From: Nitrosopumilus sp.
Lineage (GTDB): Archaea > Thermoproteota > Nitrososphaeria > Nitrososphaerales > Nitrosopumilaceae
NCBI GenBank assembly: GCA_965205215.1
Contig: OZ242041.1
Coordinates: 1,568,001-1,632,000, forward strand
DNA length: 64,000 nt
Reading direction: 5' to 3'
In this document: positions 49,818-60,099 of the stretch, piece after piece
Numbering within the stretch: the first letter of the stretch is position 1
How the letters are laid out: the number at the start of each line of letters is the position of its first letter
Made by a program: the position numbers and the translations under genes
The notes under the pieces: model-generated
What the model saw: the letters and a program-made list of their open reading frames with translations, nothing else
Told to the model about the DNA's origin: nothing
The model's database searches: none

Positions 49818-51770
49818 CTAGTATAGATAGCTCATGAGCTTGATCTGCTCCTCGGTGTTTATGACTCCCTTGTTGGTGAGAATCTCCAGCAGATCCTTGA
49901 ATAGCGCCTTTTGTTCCGCAGACATTCCACCCGACGGTCCCTTCTCCCCGGGTAGCCCCGGTGGCCCGCGCGAGCCCTGCGGTCCCATGGGGCCCTGGGG
50001 GCCTTGGGGGCCCTGCTCACCGTCAGGGCCTGGCTGTCCCTTCGGACCGCGCTCGCCCTGTAGTCCCTGAATGCCCTGGGGGCCTTGGGGGCCCTTGTCT
50101 CCGGGCGGTCCTGGCGGGCCTCGCTCACCTTGCGAGCCCTGTGGGCCTTGGGGGCCCTTCTCCCCTGTAGGCCCCTGAGTACCGGTCTCTCCCTTGTCGC
50201 CCTGCGGGCCTACTGGGCCCTTGTCACCCTTGTCGCCCTGCGGTCCAGGCACTCCGGTAAGCCCCTTTGCACCGGCAGGGCCCTGTGGTCCCTGGGGGCC
50301 CTTTTCTCCTACAGGCCCCTGAGTACCGGTCTCTCCCTTGTCGCCCTGCGGGCCTACTGGGCCCTTGTCACCCTTGTCGCCCTGCGGTCCAGGCACTCCG
50401 GTAAGCCCCTTTGCACCGGCAGGGCCCTGTGGTCCCTGGGGGCCCTTGTCGCCGGTAGAGCCGGCCTGTCCTGGCGGGCCTGGCTCTCCGATCGGGCCCG
50501 GGGGTCCCTGAGAGCCCTTTTCACCCGGGATGCCTACTGGACCAGTCGCTCCTTTTTCACCCGGGGGGCCTATGGTTCCTGTGATGCCCTTGTCTCCGGG
50601 CGGGCCAGAGGGGCCCTTCTCGCCCTTGTCTCCGACAGAACCGCGCGGTCCCACGGGGCCCTTGTCTCCGGGCGGGCCCGTAATGCCGCGCTCTCCCTTG
50701 TCTCCGACGGGGCCCTTGAGGCCCACGGGGCCCTTGTCTCCGGGCGGGCCCGTAATGCCCTTGTCGCCCTTGTCTCCGGGCGGGCCCGTAATGCCCTTGT
50801 CGCCCTTGTCGCCCTTGTCGCCAGCTACGCCCTTGTCGCCCATAACGCCCCTTTCGCCCGTGGGGCCCTTGTCGCCCTTGTCGCCCTGCGGGCCTGCGGG
50901 GCCCTTGTCGCCCTTGGATCCCTTATCACCGGTAATGCCCTTGTCGCCGACGGGTCCCTTGTCCCCCGCAGGGCCCTTGTCGCCGACGGGTCCCTTGTCC
51001 CCCGCAGGGCCCTTGTCGCCGACGGGTCCCTTGTCCCCCGCAGGGCCCGTGGGCCCAGTGGCGCCGCGTCTTCCAACAGGACCAGGCATGCCGGCCGGAC
51101 CCTGAGGCCCCGAAGGACCCATGCGCCCGGCAGACGCAGCTGCGGCAGAATCAGGGATAGTGGAAGGGCGAGTGGTGCCGGCAGTCGCGCGGGTTGGAGA
51201 GTCCCAAGACGGCGGGGCGGGCTGAGGTGGCTGCGGGGGGCGGACGGGGCGCGGCCCGGATTGCGCGCCGGAAGGATCCCTTTCCTGTTTTCCAAGGGTG
51301 CCTTGCAAGTCTGCGGAGGAGTCAGCGGCCCCCCTCTGGGCGCCGTCTGCCGTTGTTCTTGTCGACCCCGGGGCAGGAGGGGGCGGAACCGGCCTCTTTT
51401 TGGCGGGAGTGCCAGCTGCCGCCTTCTTCTTCTGTGTGTCTTTGTCCGCCTTTGCAGCTTTCTGGGAAGACTCCAGCGGCACGTCAAATACGGAGTTTGC
51501 CGAGGAGAATATGTCAGATACTACAATCCACACCGTCGTGGAATTCTTGAGTGAGTCCGGAATCGGGTTTCCCTCCGAACCCAGCGTCTCTGAAAACTTG
51601 CCGTCCTCTACGCGCAGGTGAAAATGGTCGCTCCACAGGCTGTCAAACTTGTTGCGCCTGACGTCCTCTTCGGAAGGCTTTGATTTTGATATGGATATCT
51701 TGACCTCGTACACGCCAGGCTTCACAAACGGAGCCTTGCCGCTAACCTTGAGGCCGGGCTTTAGTGACAC
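49818..51770 (-). CDS. Collagen-like protein
   Basis: Long G-X-Y tract (about 49930-51125) rich in GDK/GPx, a globular N-domain and a short helical C-domain. Confidence 0.9.
   Translation of the reverse strand: MSLKPGLKVSGKAPFVKPGVYEVKISISKSKPSEEDVRRNKFDSLWSDHFHLRVEDGKFSETLGSEGNPIPDSLKNSTTVWIVVSDIFSSANSVFDVPLESSQKAAKADKDTQKKKAAAGTPAKKRPVPPPPAPGSTRTTADGAQRGAADSSADLQGTLGKQERDPSGAQSGPRPVRPPQPPQPAPPSWDSPTRATAGTTRPSTIPDSAAAASAGRMGPSGPQGPAGMPGPVGRRGATGPTGPAGDKGPVGDKGPAGDKGPVGDKGPAGDKGPVGDKGITGDKGSKGDKGPAGPQGDKGDKGPTGERGVMGDKGVAGDKGDKGDKGITGPPGDKGDKGITGPPGDKGPVGLKGPVGDKGERGITGPPGDKGPVGPRGSVGDKGEKGPSGPPGDKGITGTIGPPGEKGATGPVGIPGEKGSQGPPGPIGEPGPPGQAGSTGDKGPQGPQGPAGAKGLTGVPGPQGDKGDKGPVGPQGDKGETGTQGPVGEKGPQGPQGPAGAKGLTGVPGPQGDKGDKGPVGPQGDKGETGTQGPTGEKGPQGPQGSQGERGPPGPPGDKGPQGPQGIQGLQGERGPKGQPGPDGEQGPQGPQGPMGPQGSRGPPGLPGEKGPSGGMSAEQKALFKDLLEILTNKGVINTEEQIKLMSYLY
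50169..50447 (-). repeat. 144-bp-period duplication in the collagen tract
   Basis: 50169-50303 is identical to 50313-50447. There are also 36-bp repeats at about 50937-51046. Confidence 0.85.
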
Positions 51771-52026
51771 AAGAGTCGTATGCGCAGCAAGTATTTTAGA
51801 TTAACCGATCGGGTTTGCAATAGCATTGGGCACGGCCGGCAAGGCATGTCAGCCAGGATGCCGCCGGCGCGGCACGCATGCGTGCGAAAAGTGCAGGCAC
51901 GGTGTGCGGTGTAGTCGCGCGCTCCATCCTTCTTATGCTGTTGTCACCGCTGCCACTCCTTCTTCCCTCTCCACCCGCCCGCGACGCGGGGGATGGTTTT
52001 TAACTAGAAATAACCCATACGGTGCG

Positions 52027-53232
52027 ATGAAGAGCCAGTTTCGGAGAGGCGGGGGACAGAAAAAATCAGAAGGCCACGACGAGTCCGTAACAGAGGGCGG
52101 CAACGACGCCAAAGGTGACGACCCCAAGCGCGGCGGCGCAGACATCGAGCTTGCAGAAGAGCAGTCCGGGATCCCCAAGGAGAGGAGCCTGGTAGACGTA
52201 GACTACAACCGCAAAAAGCTCTACAAAAAGGGCATCAACCTGATGGCCGACCAGAAGCTCGAGGATGCGGTAATGACCTTCGAGCAGGCGCTCAGGATAG
52301 ATCCGAGCAGCGTCGAGACGATGCTAAAGCTCGGGTACGCAAAGTTCCACCTGGACGAGCACAGCGAGGCGCTTGCAGTATATGACAAGATACTTGACAT
52401 CGACGTTACGAACCCGGAGGCCTGGAACCTCAAGGGGCTGGTGCACTACGAGCAGAAGAATTACGCAAAGGCGCTCGACTCGGTCGAAAAAGCCATCGAG
52501 TCGGATCCCACGTACGGCATGGCGTGGTACAACAAGGGGTGCTACCTCTCGCTCCTCAACCAGGTTCCGGAGTCGCTTGAGGCCCTCAAGCGCTCAATCG
52601 AGATCGACGTCAAGAATGCGAGAAAATCCGTCAGGGATAAGGACTTTGTCAACGTAAGGATAGAGGAGGGGTTCAAGCGCATACAGGAGGTCGTCGTACT
52701 AGAGTCCATAAAGCAGGGATACCATACGATCGGGGCCATCGTGTGGACCACGTTCCTTGACAAGGCCGACGCGGAGACGGCGCTCAGAAAGCTCCTCGAA
52801 AAGGGGCTCATACTGCAGAACGAAAAGCGCGAGGGGCTCAGCCGCATACCAATCTACGACCTTGCCCCCAGCGTGGCCGAGAAGATAGGCAAGGAGAAGC
52901 GCGGCCTGTTCGGCATAACCAGAAGGACGCTACCGCAGCCCATCAAGAACATGAAGGAGCTGATACAGGCCATACGGTCCGCAAAGGAGACCATATCGGA
53001 GGGCGATGCCGAAAAGTCCATCGCGGTGTTTGACAAGTTCACCGACCCCGACAAGTTCGGGGTGCAGATGATAGAGAGCTTCTTTGACGAGCACAGGGAG
53101 ATCAGGCTGTGGAAGATCCGGCTCAAGGACAGGGGCGACGACTACATCTCAGAGAACAGGCAGAGGATGCTGGACCTGTTTGACAACATAGAGGCCGCCC
53201 TGACAAAGAGAATACGCCGCGAGCTGGCGTGA
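52027..53232 (+). CDS. TPR-repeat protein with winged-helix-like domain
   Basis: AWNLKG / AWYNKG TPR units; start taken at ATG 52027. Confidence 0.88.
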   Translation: MKSQFRRGGGQKKSEGHDESVTEGGNDAKGDDPKRGGADIELAEEQSGIPKERSLVDVDYNRKKLYKKGINLMADQKLEDAVMTFEQALRIDPSSVETMLKLGYAKFHLDEHSEALAVYDKILDIDVTNPEAWNLKGLVHYEQKNYAKALDSVEKAIESDPTYGMAWYNKGCYLSLLNQVPESLEALKRSIEIDVKNARKSVRDKDFVNVRIEEGFKRIQEVVVLESIKQGYHTIGAIVWTTFLDKADAETALRKLLEKGLILQNEKREGLSRIPIYDLAPSVAEKIGKEKRGLFGITRRTLPQPIKNMKELIQAIRSAKETISEGDAEKSIAVFDKFTDPDKFGVQMIESFFDEHREIRLWKIRLKDRGDDYISENRQRMLDLFDNIEAALTKRIRRELA

Positions 53233-53273
53233 GTGCCAGGCAGCACGCAGCAATGGTGGCGGCGGCCGTCCGG

Positions 53274-54107
53274 TCACTCGGCGGACAGATCCCAGTAGTT
53301 TGCATCGGCCTGGGTGGCGGTGGGCTTTTGGAGGCTCTTCCACTCCTTGAACGACCTCACATACAGCCGGATGTTAGAGAGTCCCGCAGACTTCATGGCA
53401 TAGTATGCAAGCCCCGAGAGCGTCCCCACGCTTCCACAGTACGTGATGATCTCAGAATCGTCGCCGATTCCGCGGTTTGCAAGCAGGCGCCTCATGTCCT
53501 CGCGCCCCCGGAGTATGCGGTCGGGGCCGGCAAGCGTCCTGTAAGGCAGGCTGACGGCGCCAGGTATGTGCTGCTCCAAAAAGTTCAGCCTCTCCCTGTT
53601 GTCGACCAGGACCACGTCGTCGTCGCCGCGATCCGCGACGGCCTTCTCCAGGTACTCGTGGGTCGCAAGTATTCCGGGTTCGGGGGCCGCCGAGTGCTTC
53701 CGCGGCGTGACTGACGGCGCCGCGTCGTCAGTCTCCATCCCCATAGAAAGCCACTGTGCATACGTGGTGTCAAGCAGCGTGACGTCGGCGTGCCCGATGT
53801 ACTCCAGCGTCCACGCAATCCTCGACGCAAGGGCCCCGAACGAGTCGTCATATACGACGACCCGCGTCTCGTCGCCAATTCCAAGCGAGCCGGCGATCTT
53901 GGCGACCCTGTCGGGGCCGTCGTCGGACAAGAGATCTGCAAGCGGCAGGTTTACCGCGGTCGGAATGTGGGAGCGCCTGTAGTCCTCCGGCCTGCGGGCG
54001 TCTATCGCAACGGCGCTCCGATCCCTGATCTCGCCGCGCAGCACGTCCGCGTCCGTCGTGACTGCAGGCGCAGGGCCGGCGCCGTCGCTACCGCTCAAGC
54101 CGCACAC
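53274..54107 (-). CDS. Tandem rhodanese sulfurtransferase
   Basis: IDAR...HIPTA, HIPGA and YCGSVG active loop. Confidence 0.92.
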   Translation of the reverse strand: MCGLSGSDGAGPAPAVTTDADVLRGEIRDRSAVAIDARRPEDYRRSHIPTAVNLPLADLLSDDGPDRVAKIAGSLGIGDETRVVVYDDSFGALASRIAWTLEYIGHADVTLLDTTYAQWLSMGMETDDAAPSVTPRKHSAAPEPGILATHEYLEKAVADRGDDDVVLVDNRERLNFLEQHIPGAVSLPYRTLAGPDRILRGREDMRRLLANRGIGDDSEIITYCGSVGTLSGLAYYAMKSAGLSNIRLYVRSFKEWKSLQKPTATQADANYWDLSAE

Positions 54108-55996
54108 TCGCCCTTGCCGGTCTTTGTGTGGTAGCTGGTGTCGCTGCCATAGTCAAGGTAAAAGTCGGAATCGTCGTCCTTTGCAGGCGGGACCAGCAGC
54201 GGCTGCAGCTCCGCCTTGATGTCCTTTATCGACGACACGCCCGAGTCCTCCGCGTCGGACACCACCCTGTGTATCCAGGACTTGAGGGTGTCACCGGGCC
54301 TGCGGTTTGCCCTGAACATCTCGATTATCCTCAGTATCACGGGAATGACCCTCTTTGCAGGCACCCGGGTGCAGGTCTGGCCCAGCATGGTCAGTCCGTC
54401 AGAGCGCCCGCCAAGCAGCATCTGGTAGTTGGCGTACATGTCCTTGCCTACACGCGCGCCGCCGCCAAAGAACCCTATCGTGGCAATTCCGTGCTGCCCG
54501 CAGGAGTTGGGGCATCCGCTTATCTTTATCGTAGAGTCTGCAAGGTCGGGATCCTTGTCAAGTCCCAGCTCGAGGAACTTCCTCTGGATCTCCTTTGCAA
54601 GCCTGTGCGAATTGGTCAGGGCCAGGTTGCACGACGTCGTACCGGAGCATCCGATCGGGGCGGCCATCGTAAGGGCCCCGGACTTTGCAAGCCCCGCCCC
54701 CAAGAGCCCCGCATACAGGGCACCCAGGTCGTCAGAATGCACGAACCGCAGAGCCACGTTCTGCACAAACCCTATCCGGGCCACGCCCTCGCACGAATAC
54801 TTGCGCACCAGCTCCGCAAGCGAGTTGAGCTGGCCCGCCGTAATGTCGCCGGCCTCCAGCGTCACAAAGACCGTGTGGTACGGATCCTGCTTCTGCCTTA
54901 TCGTGTTTGTCGCAAGCCACCTCGAATAGCCGTCCTGGGCCGCCGCGCCGGGGCCCGACTCGTCGGATATCCTCAGTGGGCGCCGTATCTCCGCGGGGGC
55001 AAAGTCCGGCTTTAGGCGCGTGACCACCGACTGCGTGGCGCGGACAATTGATCTCTCCATCAGTATCAGGCTCTGGAACTTTTCCCATCCCATCTCGTCG
55101 ACCAAATAGCGCATGCGGTTCCTTGCCATGTTCTTGCGGTCCCCAAGCCTGTCAAATATCCGGATTGTGGCAATGGACGTGTACAGCAGATCGTCCTCAG
55201 GGGTGAACTCCTCAAGCTGGTGCCCCACAAAGGATCTGTTTCCGAGGCCCCCGCCCAGGAACACCTTAAAGCCGCGCTGCTCGCGCTGCCCGTTCCCGTC
55301 GGCGTCCGGGATTGTGCGGGTCTGCGGGATCAGCCCCACGTCGACCATGCGGGCCATCCCGTGCTCCTCGCAGCAGGTAAAGTTGAACTTGAACTTGCGC
55401 GGCAGGTTCTGGCACAGGGGGTTGCGCAGGAAGAACCGGGCGACGGCGACCGCATAGGGGGTGGAGTCAAACGATTCTGACGGGCAGACGCCGGCAAGCG
55501 GGCTGCACATCACGTTGCGGACGGTGTTCCCGCAGGCCTCGCGCGACGTGAGTCCCACCCGGGCCAGTCCCCTGAATATCTCCGAGACGTCCTCCAGCAC
55601 CACCCAGTGCAGCTGTATGTTTTCCCGGGTCGATATGTGCGCGCTGCCAATGGAGAACTGCTCGCTGAGCCGGGATATGGCCTCCAGCTGGTGCGGATAC
55701 GCCACGCCGGCGGGAATCTTTATGCGCACCATTGCATAGTCCCCGGTCATCCGGGTCCCGTATGCGCCGTGCTGCAGCCTGAAGCGCCTAAAGCTGTCCG
55801 CGTCGTACCTTCCCTGCCGGTACAGCTTTACGGTGTCGGCAAAATGGTCCGCCTCGGAGCGCCTGGCCCAGTTCTCGCGCGGCTTGCGCTCCTCGGGCCG
55901 CGCCGACTCCAGCCGCGGCTTTTGGCCGGACGCGGATAGAGATGCAGAATCATGCCCGGAGGCACGCGGCGTTTGAGACACGTAATAGTTTTGCAA
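54095..55996 (-). CDS. Ferredoxin-dependent sulfite/nitrite reductase (siroheme)
   Basis: STRENIQLH, NLPRKFK, CSGTTSC and SGCPNSCGQH motifs. Confidence 0.93.
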   Translation of the reverse strand: MQNYYVSQTPRASGHDSASLSASGQKPRLESARPEERKPRENWARRSEADHFADTVKLYRQGRYDADSFRRFRLQHGAYGTRMTGDYAMVRIKIPAGVAYPHQLEAISRLSEQFSIGSAHISTRENIQLHWVVLEDVSEIFRGLARVGLTSREACGNTVRNVMCSPLAGVCPSESFDSTPYAVAVARFFLRNPLCQNLPRKFKFNFTCCEEHGMARMVDVGLIPQTRTIPDADGNGQREQRGFKVFLGGGLGNRSFVGHQLEEFTPEDDLLYTSIATIRIFDRLGDRKNMARNRMRYLVDEMGWEKFQSLILMERSIVRATQSVVTRLKPDFAPAEIRRPLRISDESGPGAAAQDGYSRWLATNTIRQKQDPYHTVFVTLEAGDITAGQLNSLAELVRKYSCEGVARIGFVQNVALRFVHSDDLGALYAGLLGAGLAKSGALTMAAPIGCSGTTSCNLALTNSHRLAKEIQRKFLELGLDKDPDLADSTIKISGCPNSCGQHGIATIGFFGGGARVGKDMYANYQMLLGGRSDGLTMLGQTCTRVPAKRVIPVILRIIEMFRANRRPGDTLKSWIHRVVSDAEDSGVSSIKDIKAELQPLLVPPAKDDDSDFYLDYGSDTSYHTKTGKGECAA

Positions 55997-56088
55997 GGGC
56001 GGATTATAAATTTGGTGAGGTTCTCGGACTCCAGGTTCCGGGACAGCCGGGCGCGAGCGGCGGGTCGCAGCTCGCCTTCAGGCGCCAC

Positions 56089-56116
56089 GGGCAGAAGCGC
56101 GCTAATAATTCTGCCC
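56089..56116. promoter_or_regulatory. Inverted repeat (candidate operator) in the divergent sulfite reductase/thi4 promoter region
   Basis: GGGCAGAA-N12-TTCTGCCC upstream of the thi4 TATA-like tattaat. Confidence 0.35.
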
Positions 56117-56163
56117 AGATACTTTTGGCAAGGTATTAATTGTAAAGCCGGGGCAGCACACGC

Positions 56164-56985
56164 ATGCAGGAGGCCGCCGTCGTTGCAGAGGTGCAGCCCA
56201 AGATCTTCGCGGACGTAAGCGAGGTCGAGATCACAAGGGCCATCGCAAACGAGTTCCACGATGTCCTGATAGACAGGGCCGACTCGGACGTCATTATAAT
56301 AGGGGCGGGGCCCTCGGGGCTGACGGCCGGCAGGGACCTCTCAAACATGGGGTTCAAGGTTTTGATAATAGAGCAGAACAACTATCTTGGAGGCGGGTAC
56401 TGGCTGGGGGGCTACATGATGAACCCCGTTACGGTCAGGGAGCCGGCCCAGAAGATATGGGACGAGCTCGGAGTCCCGTACAAAAAAGCAGGGGAGGGCC
56501 TGTACATAACACCGGGCCCACACGCGGTCTCAAAGCTGATAGCGGGTGCCTGCGACGCGGGCGTCAAGTTCCTCAATCTGACAAAGTTTGACGACCTCGT
56601 AATGAAGAACGGGAGGGTCTCCGGCATCGTCGTAAACTGGATGCCCGTCTCGGCGCTGCCGCGCAACATAACGTGCGTCGACCCGGTCGCGTTCGAGGCG
56701 AGAATGATAATCGACGCGTCAGGGCACGACTCTGTGGCGGTAAAGAGACTGGTCGACAGGGGCCTCGTCACATGGAAGGGCATGAATCCGATGTACGTCA
56801 ACGAGGGCGAGGAGAGCGTCGTTGAAAAGACGGGGGAGGTCTATCCGGGACTGGTCGCCGCCGGCATGTCTGTGACCGAAACGCACGGGCTCCCGCGCAT
56901 GGGGCCCACCTTTGGTTCCATGCTGTTTTCAGGAAAGAGGGCGGCGGAGATTACGGCCGCAAAGATAAAGGAGCTGGAAAGATAG
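56164..56985 (+). CDS. thi4: Thi4 thiazole synthase
   Basis: GAGPSGL, GGGYWLGG, TCVDP, DASGHD and PRMGPTFGSM motifs. Confidence 0.95.
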   Translation: MQEAAVVAEVQPKIFADVSEVEITRAIANEFHDVLIDRADSDVIIIGAGPSGLTAGRDLSNMGFKVLIIEQNNYLGGGYWLGGYMMNPVTVREPAQKIWDELGVPYKKAGEGLYITPGPHAVSKLIAGACDAGVKFLNLTKFDDLVMKNGRVSGIVVNWMPVSALPRNITCVDPVAFEARMIIDASGHDSVAVKRLVDRGLVTWKGMNPMYVNEGEESVVEKTGEVYPGLVAAGMSVTETHGLPRMGPTFGSMLFSGKRAAEITAAKIKELER

Positions 56986-57047
56986 CAGGATGCCGGGGGC
57001 GGGAGGCAGATCCCGCGGCGCCGGTTTGAGGAATCGGCGGGGTGTAG

Positions 57048-57872
57048 ATGACAATGAGGGCGTCAAGGATTGCAATCAGCTGCGAGCCTCAGATATCAGC
57101 AGAGATCAACGCGCGGGGGCTGCCAGAGTTCGTACGGGGCATGTTTCCGGCGGTGCGGGTGGAACTGAGGCGGGACTGGTCATTTGCGGAGGGCGACAGG
57201 GCCAAGGCTCTGATATGTGGTACGGAGGGGGGGCGCCGCGCAGGACATGTGGCGGGAGGGCCAGTCGCGACTGCAGGCGACGGTGACAATGGTGGCAGGG
57301 GCGGCGACGGCCCGGACGGCGGTTCCTCGGCCATGTACGACGGGTTTGCCCTGTGCGATGCCGCGTCCAAGACGATCGGGGCGGGGCCCGGGCCGACACG
57401 CACGGATCCCGCCACGCTGCATGTCGTATTCACTGGAGTTCTTGCGTGCACGTTTGACGAGGGGGACCAAAGGTACCATGCAAGGACGCTTGTCGGGGCC
57501 AATCCGTTCCTGGTGTCACTGCAGGGGGTTGTCGAGGGCCCTGCAAGGCCCAAGGGGTACTATACGGAGCGCCTTGCGGGGCTGTACGCCGCGGCCATGG
57601 CCGGCGGCCGTGCGCGGGACGCAGGCGACGTGCCGGCCAAGGATGCCAGAAAATATGATTATGTGACACGCGGCGACCGCCGCATGCCGGACATTGCAAG
57701 AGGGTACCTGTTGCAGGCAGTCGCGTACTTTGAGACGGGGGAGGCGTTCTGCCAGGACGACGCGTGCCGCATGTATAACGCACACTGGCAGAGCGAGCTG
57801 ATACGCACTCAGGTGTCAAGCCCGCGGCTATGCGCCAGGCACCGGGGAATGGTCGACGAGATGAAGGCGTGA
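57048..57872 (+). CDS. Putative metallopeptidase-like protein (DUF6775-like)
   Basis: RYHAR, VEGPARP and FC...CRMYNAHWQ...LCARH. Confidence 0.7.
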   Translation: MTMRASRIAISCEPQISAEINARGLPEFVRGMFPAVRVELRRDWSFAEGDRAKALICGTEGGRRAGHVAGGPVATAGDGDNGGRGGDGPDGGSSAMYDGFALCDAASKTIGAGPGPTRTDPATLHVVFTGVLACTFDEGDQRYHARTLVGANPFLVSLQGVVEGPARPKGYYTERLAGLYAAAMAGGRARDAGDVPAKDARKYDYVTRGDRRMPDIARGYLLQAVAYFETGEAFCQDDACRMYNAHWQSELIRTQVSSPRLCARHRGMVDEMKA

Positions 57873-58073
57873 CTGGGCGTACGGTTGCCGCTGCCGCTGC
57901 CGCTGCCGCTGCCCCCCATGAATCTATACGCGCGGATGTTTTTGAGGCCTGCCACATCCGGTACCAAAAACCAGCCATCCGGGCCTACTTTTGGGCAGGC
58001 ATGCAGTGAAAAAAAAAGACACGGAGGGTCTTTCTTGCAGCCAGTGCCAGGCACTGCTCTTGTCCCTTCGACG

Positions 58074-58463
58074 TCAGTCGGGGCGCCTGCCCATGCCCTT
58101 TGCGTCAAGGGCGGTGTACACGTCGGGCATCGAATACACATAGCCCACGTGTATGCAGTCCGCCGCATCGCAAAGGAAGCAGTGCAGCTCGCCCTTTTGA
58201 AGCACTATCTCCACTATGCGGTTCTTCAGGTTGTCCTTGAGGATGACGCGGTCGTCCTCAACTGAGATGCTCTCGATCTTTGGCGCATACCGGGCAAAAG
58301 TCTCGTCGCGGTTCATGGCCTCCTCTAGCATGTACGAGACGTAGCCGGAGAGGCTCCTGACGCCCTTCGTGGCCAGAGTCTCCTTGTTGCCGTTGTAGAC
58401 TTCCTGGAACCGGTCGTAGATATAGTCAGAGACGGTTATCGACTTGAATCCTTCTTTTGGCAT
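58074..58463 (-). CDS. Small protein with RHH-like N-terminus and SWIM-like Cys/His C-terminus
   Basis: MPKEGFKSITVSDYIYDRF...CFLCDAADCIH. Confidence 0.7.
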   Translation of the reverse strand: MPKEGFKSITVSDYIYDRFQEVYNGNKETLATKGVRSLSGYVSYMLEEAMNRDETFARYAPKIESISVEDDRVILKDNLKNRIVEIVLQKGELHCFLCDAADCIHVGYVYSMPDVYTALDAKGMGRRPD

Positions 58464-58685
58464 TGTACCTTCCTTAACGGTACAATTAGGTACAAATATA
58501 AAAATATGCCGATCTAGCATGTATTCAAACGTATTATTACGGTTTGGATGCCCGCCTGGCGGCGCCCATCCTTTAGGCGGAGCAGAAGCCGCGCGGCGCG
58601 CGGCATCCGGCGCGCCCGCGGCAGGTCGGCTTGCGGAGGCCGCGCCAGCATTGGCTTTAAATTTGTCATGGCTCGGGTTGCATTC

Positions 58686-59732
58686 ATGATGGCGGAGGCA
58701 GAAGCTGCTGCAGAGTCGCAAGCCAGTGGCTCCGATGACGGCGCGGGCGGAGCAGGAAGAAAGCCAGATGCCGATGCAGGCCCTGCCAAGGACAAGACAT
58801 CGTACGATGTGATTATAATCGGAGGAGGCCCTGCCGGGTACACGGCCGGGATATACTGCTCCCGTGGCGGCTATGACACGCTCCTGCTCTCAGGCATACT
58901 GCCGGGAGGCCAGCTCGTGAACACCACGGACGTGGAGAACTATCCCGGGTTCAAGTCTGGCGTGATGGGCCCCGACCTGATGATCGACATGCGCGAGCAG
59001 TGTGCCAAGATGGGAACCACCATACTGGACCACGAGGTCACAAACGTGGACTTTAGGGGCAACCCACTCAGGGTACTGACGGGCAGCGCCGAATACGAGG
59101 CGCGGGCCATAATCATAGCGACGGGCGCGACCCCGAAAAAATTGGGGCTCGAGGGCGAGCAGACATTCGGAGGGCGCGGGGTCTCGTACTGCGCCACGTG
59201 CGACGGTCCGTTCTTCAGGGGGCAGCCCATTGTGGTAGTGGGGGGCGGAGACACGGCCATGGAGGAGGCGACGTTCCTGACAAAGTTTGGAACGGAGGTG
59301 CACCTGATACACAGGAGGGACGAGCTGCGCGCAAGCAAGGCCATGCAGGCAAGAGCCTTTGCAAACAAGAAGATGGTGTTTCATTGGGACTCGGTGGTGA
59401 CCGACATAAGGGGTGACGAGAACAAGGTAAAGCAGATCGTGCTAAGAAACACCAAGACCGGCGCCGAGGACACGCTCGATGTGGGGGCCCTCTTCGTCGC
59501 AATAGGGCACAAGCCGAACACGGACCTATTCGAGGGGCAGGTCGATCTCGACGCCAAAAAATACGTGACGTTAAAGGGTAGCGGACAGGGCACCAGCGCC
59601 AAGGGCGTCTTTGCCGCCGGGGACGTCCACGATGCAACTTACAGACAGGCCGTCACGGCGGCGGGGTTTGGCTGCATGGCGGCGCTAGACGTAGACGAGT
59701 ATCTCAGCAGCGGTGGCGGGGACGGCGCATGA
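58686..59732 (+). CDS. trxB: Thioredoxin-disulfide reductase
   Basis: GGGPAG, GVSYCATCDG, GGGDTAMEE and FAAGDV motifs. Confidence 0.97.
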   Translation: MMAEAEAAAESQASGSDDGAGGAGRKPDADAGPAKDKTSYDVIIIGGGPAGYTAGIYCSRGGYDTLLLSGILPGGQLVNTTDVENYPGFKSGVMGPDLMIDMREQCAKMGTTILDHEVTNVDFRGNPLRVLTGSAEYEARAIIIATGATPKKLGLEGEQTFGGRGVSYCATCDGPFFRGQPIVVVGGGDTAMEEATFLTKFGTEVHLIHRRDELRASKAMQARAFANKKMVFHWDSVVTDIRGDENKVKQIVLRNTKTGAEDTLDVGALFVAIGHKPNTDLFEGQVDLDAKKYVTLKGSGQGTSAKGVFAAGDVHDATYRQAVTAAGFGCMAALDVDEYLSSGGGDGA

Positions 59733-59806
59733 CGCGCCGCGGGCACGCATAGGAACGCACCGGATCAAGCCCCGGCGCCAGCATCAGTAAAATAGAGCGC
59801 GTACGT

Positions 59807-60001
59807 TTGGCATGCATGGGGGCAAAGACGCCGGCAGTGAGGCTCCGCACGTGCCCCAGAAGCTGCACGCAGCACCGCACCAAGTCAGGCAGGCTGGCAG
59901 AAAGGAACACGTTTGACGGGACGAGGTGCCGCAACTGCGGATTCGCGCTCGACAGGGACGACACGGACGTAAAGTTCGAAAGGGCGTCGGACTTTTTGTG
60001 A
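59807..60001 (+). CDS. Small zinc-ribbon protein
   Basis: CPRSC...CRNCG. Confidence 0.55.
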   Translation: MACMGAKTPAVRLRTCPRSCTQHRTKSGRLAERNTFDGTRCRNCGFALDRDDTDVKFERASDFL

Positions 60002-60099
60002 ACAGGGCACACACACCAAAGGGCGGAGATGCCGCGCACAGCGCAGGACCGCCGCGCCGTCTTTGCCCGTCACGGCATACGCCGCGAGGGGGATCTGTT

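Noticed and set aside
55997-56163. TPP riboswitch upstream of thi4
   Set aside because: Conserved CTGAGA and AGCGTAGG-type elements are not visible and the leader is too short.
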